NCBI RefSeq assembly: GCF_009914755.1
Contig: NC_060933.1
Source: the human T2T-CHM13v2.0 reference genome, Homo sapiens
DNA: 64,000 nucleotides
Reading direction: 5' to 3' (one strand)
Part shown: positions 50,801 to 64,000 of the stretch, in pieces
Layout: each line of letters opens with the position of its first letter
Numbering within the stretch: position 1 is the stretch's first letter
Made by a program: the position numbers and the translations under genes
The notes under the pieces: model-generated
The model's database searches: none
Told to the model about the DNA's origin: nothing
The model's input: the letters and a program-made list of their open reading frames with translations, nothing else

Positions 50801-52530
50801 AAGAGAGCTTGTGCAGAGACACTCCCATTTTTAAACAATCAGATCTCATGTTTCCCATTCACTATCACAAGAACAGCATGGGAAAGACCTGCCACCATGA
50901 TTCAATCATCTTTCACGGCTTCCTCCGGCAACACATGGAAATTATGGGAGCTATAAAATGAGATTTGGGTGGGCACACAGCACCAAACCTTATCACTTTT
51001 CTTCCATCTTTTTGTTCATAGCCATACTAACATGTGTGAGGTGATATCTGATCATGGTTTTACTTGCATTTCCCTGATAATTAGTGATATTGAAGATCTT
51101 TTCAATACACCTGTTAACCTTTTGTATGTCTTGTTTTAAGAAATAGCTACTCATGTTTTTTGCGTATTTTTTAGTAAGCTTGCTTGTTTTCTTGTTTTTG
51201 AGAAGTTTGAGTTCCTTATATTTTATTGATAAGCCCCTTATGTGATGGATGGCTTGAAAATATTCTCTCCCTATCTATGGGTTATCTCTTCACTCTATTA
51301 TTGTTTCTTTTGTTTTGAAGAAACGTTTTAGTTTGTTGCAATTCCATTTGTCTGTTTGGCTTTTGTTGCCTACGCTTTTGGTGTTATAGGCAGGAAATTG
51401 TAGCCAAGAACAATGTTGTATTATTTTTGAAGTCAGGTAGTGCAATGCCTCTAGCTTTGTTCTTTTTGCTCAAGATTGCTTTGATTATTTGGAATCGTTT
51501 GTGGTTTCATAAACATTTTAGAATTGGTTTTTCTATTTCTGTGAAGAATGACAATGGAATTTTGATAGCGGTGGCACTGAATTTGTAGATTGCTTTGGGT
51601 AGTATTGATAGTTTAACAATATTAGTTTAACAATATTAATTTATTTTCTAGTAGATTTAGTTTCAGGTTTTACATTCAGTCTTTAATCTATTTTTCTTAT
51701 TTGCGTATAAGGAATGACATAAGCATCCAATTATAGTCTTCTATGTATGGATAGCCAGTTTTCCCTACATCATTTATTGAAGTGATGTTTCTTTCCTATT
51801 GTATGTTCTTTGTCCGTGTGTCAAGAATCAGTTGCTCATAGAAGCATGCATAGGTTTATTTCTGGGTTCTGTATCCCATCACACTGCTCAATGTGTCTGT
51901 GTTTATGCCAGTACTATGCTGTTTTAATTACTATAATTTTGTAATATAGTTTGAAATTACATAGTGTGATGCCTCTAGCTTGGTTCTTTTTGCTTAAGAT
52001 TGCTATGATTATTTGGGATCTTTTGTGGTTTCATACATATTTTGTAATTGATTTTTCTATTTTTGTCAAGAATGACATTGGGATTTTGATAGTAGTGACA
52101 CTGAATCTGTAGGTTGCTTTGGATAGTATTAACATTTTAACAGTATTAATTTTTCCAATATAAGTACATGGGATTTTTTTATTTATTTATGTCATTTTCA
52201 ATATATTACATCAATGAATTATAGTTTTCAGTGTACAAATCTTTCACATCCTTGATTAAATTTACTTCTAAATCTTTATATATTTTTGATGCTATTATAA
52301 ATGAAATTGCTTTATTTATCTTTCAGATAGTTTTTCATTACTGTATAGAAACAATAATATTTGTATGTTGATTTTTAATTTATAAATTTATCTAATTTGT
52401 TTACCAACTCTCTCAGTTTTTCAGTGGGATCTTTAAGGTTTTCGCTACGTTAAGATCATATTTTCAGCAAGCAAGACAATCTCTCCTCTTCCTTTACCAT
52501 TTGGATGCCTTTTATTTCTTTTTATTCTAG
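47888..52530 (-). mobile_element. L1MA-type LINE 3' portion, interrupted by THE1
   Basis: Antisense L1MA 3'UTR 47888-48697, resuming at 50996 and running through ORF2 to ~52530. Confidence 0.85.
48698..50995 (-). mobile_element. Full-length THE1 MaLR (LTR-int-LTR, THE1B/C-like)
   Basis: LTRs 48698-49061 and 50631-50995 (TG(C/T)ATTAGT...CCAAACC(A/T)TATCA) flanking a ~1.57-kb internal region; TSD degenerate. Confidence 0.95.
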
Positions 52531-53344
52531 CTAGGCAATTACACATATGTTTAAAGCACTTATGAATTGACATTGAATCCATCAGTTGTAATCCATTGAT
52601 TGCTACTTTTCAACTTGTAAACCTACACATTTATCAATATTCTACTTTCCTCTTAGTCTAGCTCTTACCCAAAATAAAATAGCCTATCAGTGTAAACCGG
52701 ATTGGATAGTTAAATATTCTCTTTATGAAACAATTTTAAATGCACTTAAAATTTTTAATCTAATAAATTTTATATTTTATCTATGAATAATTTTAAATTG
52801 TGTTCTCTCAAAACAATTCCAATATTTTTAGTAGGAAAAATCATGTTTGTTTTTACACTATAATTGGTACTAGTTAAGAGTTGACCAAAGATGATATTAA
52901 TAGATATGCTTACTTATTACCTTATTTTCACAATGTTAGTGTAAGACTTGGAAATATAGTAAATTTGGCAAGATTATAGTTGAAAAACCCTTTCTCATGA
53001 GTGACACAGTTAATTCAGAGTGTTACTCTGAATAAGTTAACATAAAGCCAACAAGTAAATATTATGAAGTAGTGTTTGAAAAAAATCATGATTCATATTT
53101 AAAAGTGTATTATGTAAATGAAACATGTAGTCAATATTATTTAATAAATACCTTATTAGTATTTTATATTTAGTTAAATAGAAATAAAGGTATCAAAAAC
53201 AAATACATTTATGTATAGTTTAAATGATTTTAAAAATATGTTATTTAGATACCATTGTTACTTAAGTACTAATGTAAATGCTGACCAAAAAAATGTCATT
53301 CCCCACATTTAAATTAAATACATTGTGACATATTTTTCAAATGT

Positions 53345-53750
53345 ATCACTGATGGTTCAGGTAAGCAGGCAGAAAATATTCTAAGTTTTTTATTATAGGG
53401 AAACTTAATACAGGGGATACATTTCATGTGATGAAAGGACTTTAAAGAGAACCCAGACATCAGCAACAGCAGGAAATTCCTGTCATACTTAGTATTGGAA
53501 AAACAGCAGAAGTAACTAGAACACAAAAGCAGAGTCATCTTATAAAAACTGGGGCCATGAAATGAGTGTCTGTGACCATCACCTAATATGTCACAGTAAA
53601 TGGACACAGGTAACAGAGAACTGGAGGTTTTTCTCTTCCACAAATGCCTCCCATTGGCCAGGCTTATCCAGCAATAACAGTGCACTGAAGACTGGGAGCA
53701 CTTTTTCTGCATGAGAGATTGCAGAGCAGGATGTATAGCAAGCAATCATA
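53345..53750. mobile_element. Possible ancient MLT1-type LTR
   Basis: CCTCCCATTGGCCA and CAGCAACAGCAGGAA motifs; weak. Confidence 0.35.
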
Positions 53751-53791
53751 ATAAATGCCTACTTTAGGAAAAAGAATGATGAGTAACTTCC

Positions 53792-54134
53792 TGATATGGT
53801 TTTGCTGTGTCCCCACCCAAATCTCATCTTGAATTTCCAAGTGTTGGGGGAGGGCCCTGGTGAGAGATAATTGAATCACGTGGGCAGGTCTTTCTCATGC
53901 TGTTCTCTTTCTCATGAGAATAATTCTCATGAGATCTGATGGCTTATAAAAGGGGAATATCCCTGCACAAGATCTCTTCTATCTACTGCCATGTGAGATG
54001 TGCCTTTCACCTTCCACCATTATTGTGAGGCCTCTCCAGCCATGTGGAACTGTAATTTCATTAAACCTCTTTGTTTTGTAAATTGCCCAGTCTCAGGTAT
54101 GTCTTTATCATCAGCATGAAAACAGACTAACACA
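53792..54134 (+). mobile_element. THE1B-type solo LTR
   Basis: TGATATGGTTTTGCTGTGTCCCCACCCAAATCTC...GAAAACAGACTAACACA; 5-bp TSD CTTCC/CTTTC. Confidence 0.95.
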
Positions 54135-54809
54135 CTTTCTGATATCAAAGTTGGGTTTTTGACAAAAATAACAAATAAAGTCTATTTTTAAGTATTTTAA
54201 GACCCAAATAATTCACACTCCTCTTTGTAATAATTTCCTACCTGGCTCATTTTGTTAGGAGACAGCATAATGTAGATGTGGGAACCACTTACTGTTCTAT
54301 CAAAATTTTTTATTAGAAGCTCAGTTTTGAAAGTATCCTTATTTTGAAAATGCAAATTCACTTGTGACCAGTTTCCATCTAATTGAAATATTAATTTTTC
54401 TACTATATTCCTCAAGAAGAATGGAAAAGTTCTCCTATTCATTTCTTTATTTTACAAAAACAAACAAAAACTATAGCTTTAGGGGCACAAATGTTTGGTT
54501 ACATGGGTGAATTTTATAGTAGTGATATCAGAGATTTTAGTGTACCTATCAGCCAAATAGTGTATATTGTACCTATTAGGTAATTTATTATCACTCATTC
54601 CCCTCCCTGCTTCTCAGTCTCCAGTGTCTATTATACCACTCTGTACACTTTGGGATACCCATAGCTTAGCTCCCATTTACAATACAGAACATACAATTCG
54701 GTTTTCTGTTTTTGAGCTGCTTCACTTAGAATAATGGCCTCCAATTTCTTCCAAGATGCTGCAAAAAACATTATTTTCGTTATTTTCTATGGCTGTGTAG
54801 TATTCCATG

Positions 54810-54810
<1 letters not shown>

Positions 54811-54841
<31 letters not shown>

Positions 54842-54862
54842 ATACAGATATAGATATAGATA
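54811..54862. repeat. (TG)n/(GATATA)n microsatellite
   Basis: TGTGTATATGTGTGTG...TATACAGATATAGATATAGATA. Confidence 0.9.
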
Positions 54863-54874
54863 TTTAAGATTTTC

Positions 54875-55185
<311 letters not shown>

Positions 55186-56737
55186 TCAACATTTGATGGG
55201 CACTTAGCTTGATTTTATATCTTTGCAATTGTGAGTTGTGCTGTGATAAACATGGGATTTCATATGTCTTTTTGATATAATTACTTCTTTTCCTCTGGGT
55301 AGATACCCAGTAGTTGTATTGGTGGATAGAATGGTAGATCTACTTTTTGTTCTTTGAGAAATTTCCATACTGTTTTCCATAGCAGTTTCACTAATTTACA
55401 TTCTTACAATCTGTGCATAAGTGTTCCCTTTTCACCACATCTGTGACAAACAACATGAACATACATTTCTTAAAATATGATACACAAATGGCCAAAGATG
55501 AAAAAATACTCAACATCACGAATCATCAGGGAAATGCAAATTAAAACCATATTGTGACACCCAACTACACCAGCCAGAATGGCCATTACTACAAAGTCAA
55601 AAAACAACCCCCTATCTCTTTTTATATACTACAATGCAATACATACATTTTCATTGCATTAAAACAGCATGTTAGTAAGAGTTATATGTTTAGTTCACCA
55701 ATATATTTGAAAACTTTTAGAAAACAAATTAATCTAGGACAATGAAATAACTGTAGATAGAGAATTGACAGGGAATATGCCTATTGAATATATTGGAATA
55801 AGCTAATACATTTATAAATTCTAGGTAACTAAATCCAACAAGACAGAGAAATAGTGAGTCTGTAACTGGAAGACCAAGTGTTAACTGACATTAGATTTTT
55901 TTTTCCTTTCTCTTCTTTTATCATCTCTTACATATAAAAGAGTGATATGGGAAATATCTCAAGATAATTTATTTAAATTGAATCTTGGGAGTTAAAAATG
56001 AATTTTTCACGCAATATCAGAATGGAGCAACTCAGAGAGAAAACTATTAAAATGTAACTGCAAAACTATTTTCTGGCTCATCACAAATGATTCTCCAGAA
56101 TGTAAAATAAGGAATACTTGTAAAATACTTATGACATTTAAAAGGAAAATATTAAAATTTAAATATTTAATATTTTTCAATAAAACTATGCAGATCAAGT
56201 TTAATTTACCAATTGCATTTCTGTGACATACTATATTACTTTACAGGCTGTATTTTCAAGTCATAAAACACTTTCAGAATGTTTTTGTTAGATTAGTCTT
56301 TATATACCCTGAGGCTCTTTAATGATTTTATTGTTCAGAATCATATTTATATATAATGGAATAACTTCCTAATCATGCAGTCTGAATAGCTGAATCCATG
56401 TACAAATGCAGTTTCTCCTTTAGACCATAGCACAGAACACAGCTTTTAAGCCAGTTAGGGCATTATGATGATTATGACATGGAATTCTGTTGGCATTTTC
56501 TTCTTCAAAACATCTGATAAATTTTCACATATTTAGTCAATATCTACATCAAGCAGAGAAGTCTATCATAAATCTTGTCACTTTGATAGGGGAGAATAAA
56601 ATAAGATGATTTTAGCAAATGAGAAATAAGAATATGTAGTATTTACTCTAACATTTTGGGTTCAAAATACTATTTTAAACTAAGGAGCAAATTACATATC
56701 AATGAAACTAAAGTGTAAATTAATTTTCTGTGACTTC

Positions 56738-56950
56738 ACTGTCTTTTGAAACTTTTTGTAAGGATAGAAATGTTCTCTATTTCTGTGTTGTCCAGTAAAG
56801 TATCTACTAGTCAGATATGCCTATTGAGCACTTGAAATGGGTTTACCGAAACTCAGTAACTGAATTTTTTATTGTATTTATTAATGATTAATTAAAATTT
56901 AACCTTAAGTAGAACTATGTGGCTACTGACTGTTACATTAAATAGTTCAG
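56738..56950. mobile_element. MER3 hAT-Charlie DNA transposon
   Basis: GAAATGTTCTCTATTTCTGTGTTGTCCA...CTATTGAGCACTTGAAATG...AACTGAATTTTT...ATGTGGCTA. Confidence 0.8.
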
Positions 56951-57464
56951 TTCTAAGTACTAACATAAAGTCACAAAGATGTACCAGTTAGCAAAAGGGT
57001 ATTTCCAACTTAATGTAGGACTGGCAAACATGTAGCCATGCTTATTGGCACAGTTATACCAGATATTACCAAAGTGCTATGGCACTCTGTCCCTTAGTTT
57101 CCATATGCCTCAGAAATACTTTCTAACATAATGCTCAAGACAGGTACAATTAGTTAATATTAAATGCTACATAAAACAAACTCTTCATTTCTACTAAGAT
57201 GCCTTCTAAAATGAAATGTGTAGCACAGTAGAAATAAGTTTGTAATATCAATTCTTGGAAATGCCGAAAAACTCCTTAAAATGGCATCTCTCTGACTTAC
57301 AAAAAAAAGAGAGAGAGAGAATCTGTTTTATGCTGGGGAAAGCAAATAGAAGTGGTGATCAGAGAAAGTAATAACAATTGAGTGTATGGAAAAAATAGAG
57401 ATTACCCTAAGTTTTAGTACTATATGTAGAGAGTAATGATGTGACAAAATGATAAGCAGATGAC

Positions 57465-57852
57465 TCATAAGGTTTGGCTCTGTTTCCCCACCTAAATCTC
57501 ATCTCCAATTGTAATCCCCATGGGTTGAAGGAGCAACCTGCAATCCCCATTTGTTGAGGGTGGGAGGTGATTGGATCATGGGGGTGGTTTCCCCCATGCT
57601 ACTCTTGTGATAGTGAGTGAGCTCTCACAAAATATGATGGTTTTATAAGTGTGTGGCATTTCCCTGCTTACTCTTCTCTCTCCTGCCGCCATGATAAAAA
57701 CATCCTTGCTTTCCCTTCGCCTTCCTCCGTGATTGTAAGTTTCCTTAGGCTTCCCCAGCCATGTGGAACTGTGAGTCAATTAAACTTCTTTCCTTTATAA
57801 ATTTCCCAGTCTCGAGTTTTTCTTTATTGCAGTGTGAAAATGGACTATGACA
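57465..57852 (+). mobile_element. THE1D/MSTA-type solo LTR
   Basis: TCATAAGGTTTGGCTCTG...GCAGTGTGAAAATGGACTATGACA; perfect 5-bp TSD ATGAC at 57460-57464 and 57853-57857. Confidence 0.93.
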
Positions 57853-58289
57853 ATGACTGTGTAAAGAAATAAAATATTGTCAAGAAAGAAAACTGTCATT
57901 AACCGATACAATTTTCAGCATCAATATTTAAAGGTATACATATGCATATGTATATTTATATATAGTGGGGCTTCACAAAACTGTTAAAAGAATGCCTAAG
58001 AGGTAAATAAAAATGTTATTGATACCTTAAACTAAAACGTAATATTTCATCTAGAGTTGGGGACAGTCCAAGGTCTGACTAACCAGACTAGGCAGAACTT
58101 GAACATCAGTGAATTAAGTAGAAACCACAGAAAAGTCTCAGTGTTGGACAAAATTAGTGTTAAAATAAAAGATATTCTGATAAAAATCCATTAAAAAATC
58201 TTGAAAACTACTCAGAAAAGGTAAAGGGGAGGAGGAGGAGGCATAAGCAAACTAACTCTTGGCCAGAAAAAAGTAATATAGTCTTTACT

Positions 58290-59135
58290 TAACTTTAACA
58301 AAAAGATACAGATCAAATGCAATTTAAAATTACCTTTATAATAAAATTACCTTTTATTTATAAAATTACCTTTTATTTATAAAATTACCTTTTATTAAAA
58401 AATTACCTTTTATAATAGCACTCCAAAATAAAAATATTTTTGTATAAATAGGTGAAAATATGTGCAGTCTGTGTATGCTGAAAACTACAAAAAATTATAA
58501 ACACTTAAGATGTAAATAAATGGGAAAATAAACAGTGTTCATGGATTGAAATATAAATACTACTAAGATGACAATTCTCTGTTAGTTGACTTATAGATTC
58601 AATAGAAACTTAATAAATATTCCAGCAAGTGATTTTGGTAGACATAAATCATCAAATTCTAAATGTTATATGAAAAAGCAAGGAAACTAAAATAATCAGA
58701 CAATTATGAAAATGAAAAGCAATGTTGGAGAGTTGATACTATCCAATTTCAACACTACCAATAAAGCTACAGTAATCAAGGAAATATGGTTTTGAAAAAA
58801 TGAGAGACAGCTAGATTAACAGAACAAAATAGACAACATGTAAATAAACACAACTAAACTTGTCAATTAATTTTTCATAAAGTGGCAAAGGTAATGCACT
58901 AGAGAAATGATTGCCTTTTCCACAAATGGTGCCAGAACAATTTGATTTCTATATGCCAAAATAGTAAATCATAAAACATACCTCACATTTTACATAAAAA
59001 TATTCTCAAAATGAACCATAGACCAAATGTAAAACTAAAAATTTTAAAACGTCTTGAAGAACACCTAAAAAAGACAATGTGTGTGACTTTCAGTTTTATA
59101 AAGGCCACTTGGGGATTATGAAAATTAAAAACCTC
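58290..59135 (+). mobile_element. Old L1M ORF2 fragment
   Basis: GCTGAAAACTACAAAA, GTTCATGGATTG, TATAGATTCAAT, AAAGCTACAGTAATCAAG, CAAATGGTGCCAGAACAA. Confidence 0.8.
58325..58416. repeat. ~19-bp minisatellite, 5 copies (AAAATTACCTTTTATTTAT)
   Basis: AAAATTACCTTT occurs five times in tandem. Confidence 0.92.
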
Positions 59136-59324
59136 TGCTGACTCATGGCTGGTTTTGCTTTGGCAAAATCAAGTCAGATTACAAGGAAATTCATGTATTC
59201 AACCACTTTGAAAATTCCTTATAGATTGTTATCTTTTCTTTAATTTTTTTTCCTGACAGCTAACACAGAACTTGGTACATAATGAGTCAATAGTAAATTT
59301 TTGAATAGTGAGTGGAGGACTGGA

Positions 59325-59408
59325 TAAAAGAAGGGAAGAAGGAGGAAATAAAGGAAAAAGAGAAAGAATAAAGCAGAGGGAAAAAAAGAAGAAAAGTGAA
59401 GAAAAAAT
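59325..59408 (+). repeat. GA-rich polypurine low-complexity tract
   Basis: About 80 nt that are almost entirely A/G. Confidence 0.8.
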
Positions 59409-59460
59409 TAGGATCTTTGAGAAAAAATAATCCAGTCAGAACATTTTAAAAGTATATATT

Positions 59461-59712
59461 AACACCGCATGTTCTCACTCATAAGTGGGAGTTGAACAAT
59501 GACAACACATGGACACAGGGAGGGGAACATCACACACTAGGGCCTGTTGGGGGCTGGGGGGCTAGGGGAGGGATAGCATTAGGAGAAATACCTAATGTAG
59601 GTCATGGGTTGATGGGTGCAGCAAACCACCAGGGCACGTATATACCTATGTAACAAACCTGCATGTTCTCCATATGTAACCCAGAACTTAAAGTATAATT
59701 TAAAAAAAAATC
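59461..59712 (+). mobile_element. Severely 5'-truncated L1PA (PA6-PA8-like) 3'UTR
   Basis: AACACCGCATGTTCTCACTC...CCAGAACTTAAAGTATAAT plus A tail; imperfect TSD AAAAGTATATATT / AAAATGATATATT. Confidence 0.93.
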
Positions 59713-62469
59713 AAAATGATATATTTAGTTTATCAAAAAACAAATTTTTCTGGTCTAGAGGATGATAAGAATTTATTCTAGAAAATAATGTTGCTTTTGA
59801 AATGTTAATTTGAATTACATTATAAGAAATATTAAATAGTCATTTCCATATGCTAGTTTACATTCTAGTAGAGCATATAATGCAATGCCGAAACCCTGAA
59901 ATAGCTGGTAACCAGTTTTATATAGATATGTAGTTCTTCAGCTTTTTTAGATACTTATATTATAATTTGACTTTTGTTAGTACTGCATTTAAAAATAATA
60001 CCAAGGGACAAAAATATAATCAACTATATCATTTTATATGACAAAATTATTTATATCTGCATAACTGTAATTTTTGGAATACCAAATGTGCACCCCCCTC
60101 ACAAATAAATTCAGTGAATTTTCACTTCTGTAAGCATTCCCAGTAAATAATAGTGGCATGGTGAAATTAACTTTTATACAGATTTAGATTGCTGATGGAA
60201 TTTGAAGCTGCCTATTTTGAAGCAGTTATTTTGTTCCACTTACAAAGGTAGGAAAGGAAACAACAGTTACTTTCTAATATTTATAAAATGCAGACAAAAA
60301 CACTACATTTTAGTGAGTATCCCTGTCCAAGAGCAAGAGGAGCAGTACTAATTTATGCTATATTTTTTGAATATACTCATCAAATAATGTCAGACCAGTA
60401 CCTTTCTGTGGTTCTTCGTGTCCTCCTCTGTTAAAATAATTTTGACAAGTTAGAAAATCTTCTATAAAGTCTATAATTCAGCACTAGAAATTCTCATTTT
60501 AAATCTATACTTTTTTTAGTTTTCAAGAAAAAAGTCTCTATTTTGTTTTTAATCATTACATATGATCACGCGGATAGCATATACTCTTATTTTTTCAATT
60601 TTCCAGGTACAGAAAACATTTAAAAATTCAGATTATTTAAGTAGATAATAAATTTAGTGAATTAACATCTTATTTACTAATTAATTTTCTCTTTAAACGT
60701 GTTTTTCTCATTAAAATTAATAATATAAATGAGAGTCAAAAATAATAAGCTAACCAAATCTACAATTTAAAATGCATTTTCCTATACTCAGCCTGCAATA
60801 TAATTTTATAGGGAAGAAATTATTTGTCATGTTGATATTGTTAACTATAATGTGAATTTTCAGATTTCTGTAAATTGCCTTATACTTCTTCCACCATATT
60901 TTAAGAGTAACATTTCTGGAACAATTAATCTGTTGCAGTTTTCCCACTTTCTGAAAGTAACAGTTTAGATGATTAACATTTAAATTTCAAATTCTGAAGT
61001 ACTGAAAGTTTTATATAATAAAATCTTAGATCTATGAATTATATAAAATAAACTATTATATTAATGTGAGAGCTACATTTGTTAATCAGAAATGACTGAA
61101 AATAATTACCTTTAGCTACTTACATTCTTGTCATAATCAATTTATCTAATTTCTCTTTAATATTTAAAAAGGAGTGATAAACTTCTCACATGGTATTTAC
61201 AAAAAAGATAGAGAAGTGATTTTATGTACCCATGGGAAAAAATGAAAATATTTCATACTCTAGTGAAAAGGGAACATGCATAAGATATATTTTGATATGG
61301 ACAGTAACTGTTACTGATGAATTAAGCTAATTACATAATTATTATATTATGCTAGTTATGTAAGTTATTATTGTGCTAATTATATAATTAAATTTATTAT
61401 AATAATTACATAATTGTATGTCTTTGAATTATATAAAAACAGGATTTCTTTTCATGGATTCATTTTTGCTTAAGTACTAGAATATTATTGATCCCTAAAG
61501 CATACAAAAAGTCTTTCCATTTATGACTTAAAAAATATATTTGCATTTTATTCATGTATAATGACAGTCTCTGAATATTCATACCCTCTTCTATGTTTCC
61601 TAATTATCTTGCAATTAGAGATGTAATTATTTCTGGTTTGATCCGTGAACAGAAATGGTATTTGTCACTTTTAGTACGTTGAATTTAAGACCCTTTAGAT
61701 TTGCTTCCCTGCTCTGGTGACCTGGAACCACTTGTACCATGTGATGTATCTGTAGCTTGTATTTTTACTGACTGATGAAGCAGATTTCCAATTTTGGTTA
61801 CTGCCAATTTATGTAAGAAATGAGCAAAAACTTTAATATTTGGAGAGTAAAATTATTGATATTTTTGTGTATATAATTGTTGCAGCACAATCTAACCTAA
61901 CCTAAATAATATGAGCCAATATCAAAAACCTATTTACTTCTCTCCCTCAATACACACACACTTTCTCCTCTAGTTTTCTAGATTCCTGATCATCTTATTC
62001 AGTATTCATATGGATCTAAAAATAAAGAATCCAATGTCTATGTTATAAGCTCTTCTGCTGACTATTTTTTCCCAAAATTGTTTTATCTTTCCTAAATGCT
62101 AAATTGTTGGGATGTGGAATTGGGGATATAATATTCTTGTGCATTATTCACTCGCTTGTCATTTGAATAAAGGTGATACTTGCATTTCAATTAATCAAAC
62201 ATTGAATTTAATAATTATTTAGCATTCTATGTAAAGTGATAGAAATTTAGCAGTAAATGGATTAAGAAAAAAATGTATTTAATTGTTTTAACAACGTGGA
62301 AGGAAGGAGTTAGATTTAGGAATTTGTCAATATTTTTCATCTCTTTCTCTCAGCACTGCATTCTGTTTGTATTAGCTTGCTTCTCCAAGTGTTAATGGAC
62401 TTCCTCCATGCAGAAGAGAACTGTGAGGCCCTACTAGCTACAGGCTTCTATAAAATGGATACAGATCCA

Positions 62470-63300
62470 TACATAAAGTGAAGAGATAACCTACAGAACA
62501 GGAAAAAATATCTGCCAACTATTTAAATGACAAGTGATTAACAGCAAGAATATACAAGGAATGCAACTCAATAGCAAAAAATAGTTTGATTTAAAATGGG
62601 CAAATGATTTGATTAGACATTTCTCAAAATAAGACATACAAATAACCAATAGGTATAATATAATTTGCTCAATATCATTAATAACCAGGAAAATGAACAT
62701 CAAAACCACAATGAGATGTCATCTCACCCAAGTTATAAAGACTGTTGTAAAAAAGACAAAAAATAAGAAATATATTAATACATTATTATAAACTAGTATA
62801 TTTGTTAAATATAAAAAATAATTAAGGACTGTCATTCACAATATTATGGGTGAAAATGAAGGACATTATATTGGGTGAAATAAGCCAGGAACACAAAGAC
62901 AAACGTCACTTGTCTCACATATGTCAAAGCTAAAATAATTCATCTCATGGAGGTAGTGAATATAATGGTAGTTTCTAGAGGCCGGAAAGGGTAATGGGTA
63001 GGGGGAACAAAACGGTTGTTTAATGGGTACACAAATACAGTTAGATAGAAGGAGTAAGATTTAGTATTCAATAGCAAAATAGAGTGACTATAGTTAATAA
63101 TTTACTGTATATTTCAAACTAACTCAAAGACTAGATTTGGAATGTTCCCAACATAGTGAAATGATAAATAGTTGAGATGATAGATATCCCAATTACCCAG
63201 ATTTGATCATTGCACATTATATGCTTGTGTAGTTATATCACATGTACCCCATAACTATGTACAACTATGATGTAGCTACACAAATTATAATTTTAAAAAT
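62470..63300 (+). mobile_element. L1MA-type 3' end
   Basis: ORF2 C-terminal motifs, then 3'UTR CAGTTAGATAGAAGGAGTAAG...CCCAATTACCCAGATTTGATCATT...CACATGTACCCCATAA. Confidence 0.88.
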
Positions 63301-64000
63301 TAGGAAAACATAAGTGGTTTTCTTATTGGAAGTGCCAAAAGACATACATGAAATGTGACTTATTTTACCAGAAAAATCACACAAAAACTGCAGGTATTAA
63401 CTGCAGGTGTATAGGTGTTAAAGGAGTTATGCCTAATTTTAATAAAAGGTCTGTTCCTGTTAAAAGCTAACCGACTGTTCTGAGACATTCTAATGCATTA
63501 AGTTTAAATTGAGCTGACAAAAGAGAAGTGGGAGACATCTTTGTATTCTAAATTGTCTGTGGGGGAAAAGTAGTAGATACTGATTTTTAACGTGATTTGT
63601 AGTTTGGTTTTCTTTTAAGGGGATCTTGAAAAGCCTTAATAATCAGAAGAGTTTTGCATTTTATTTTTTAGTGTTTATATTTTGTTTTAGCTATATGTTC
63701 ATGTTCAATTAATGTTCCTATGCATCTTCACTTTTTGCAAGTTTGTTTATAGATATGGTTGAACAAATTGAATAGTATACTTGGATTAGTAAATAAAATC
63801 ATGGTAATATGTTGGTGTAAATTTGGGTTTTCCCAAACTAATATACCATGTTGAATATATTTGGAAATTTCTGGAGGAATTTTCAAGGTCTAAGCAAACA
63901 ATCTAGATTTTTCTGATGCATCTATCTCACTAAAATTGGAAATAGTTGTTACAACCACAAATATAGTGTATCCAAAATTCAAGTATTTCATTGTTTTCCT

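Noticed and set aside
48654-50956. Multiple 60-156 aa ORFs
   Set aside because: THE1 LTR/internal-derived frames, fragmented
58325-58416. CRISPR-like repeat array
   Set aside because: Units are directly tandem with no unique spacers, and the context is a eukaryotic L1

Overview
AT-rich, repeat-dense primate genomic DNA (human/great-ape-like: AluY, L1PA2/3-type L1, THE1) resembling a gene desert or deep intron. I see no intact protein-coding gene, RNA gene or CRISPR array. The only host-gene-derived sequence is a 5'-truncated processed pseudogene of SLC4A1AP (kanadaptin; ~7896-8786, minus strand, poly(A) tail, 11-bp TSD, one frameshift), inserted in an LTR-less THE1-internal fragment that abuts an ancient ERVL gag-pro-pol relic. 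The rest is layered transposons: six Alus; several L1s (three with twin-priming 5' inversions, one with a probable ~220-bp 3' transduction); a full-length THE1; solo LTRs (MER52, THE1, THE1D/MSTA, MLT1, MER21); DNA-transposon fossils (MER44B, MER1B, MER3); MIR/L2 fragments. Nearly all ORFs in the supplied track are repeat-derived or spurious. I cannot support a genuinely new biological system. The best leads are the retrocopy's still-open 210-codon ORF, the L1 3' transduction, the LTR-less THE1 fragment, a locally templated duplication inside an old L1, and a strong non-coding exon candidate (39252-39312). Subfamily names come from my recollection of consensus sequences and need RepeatMasker/Dfam confirmation.
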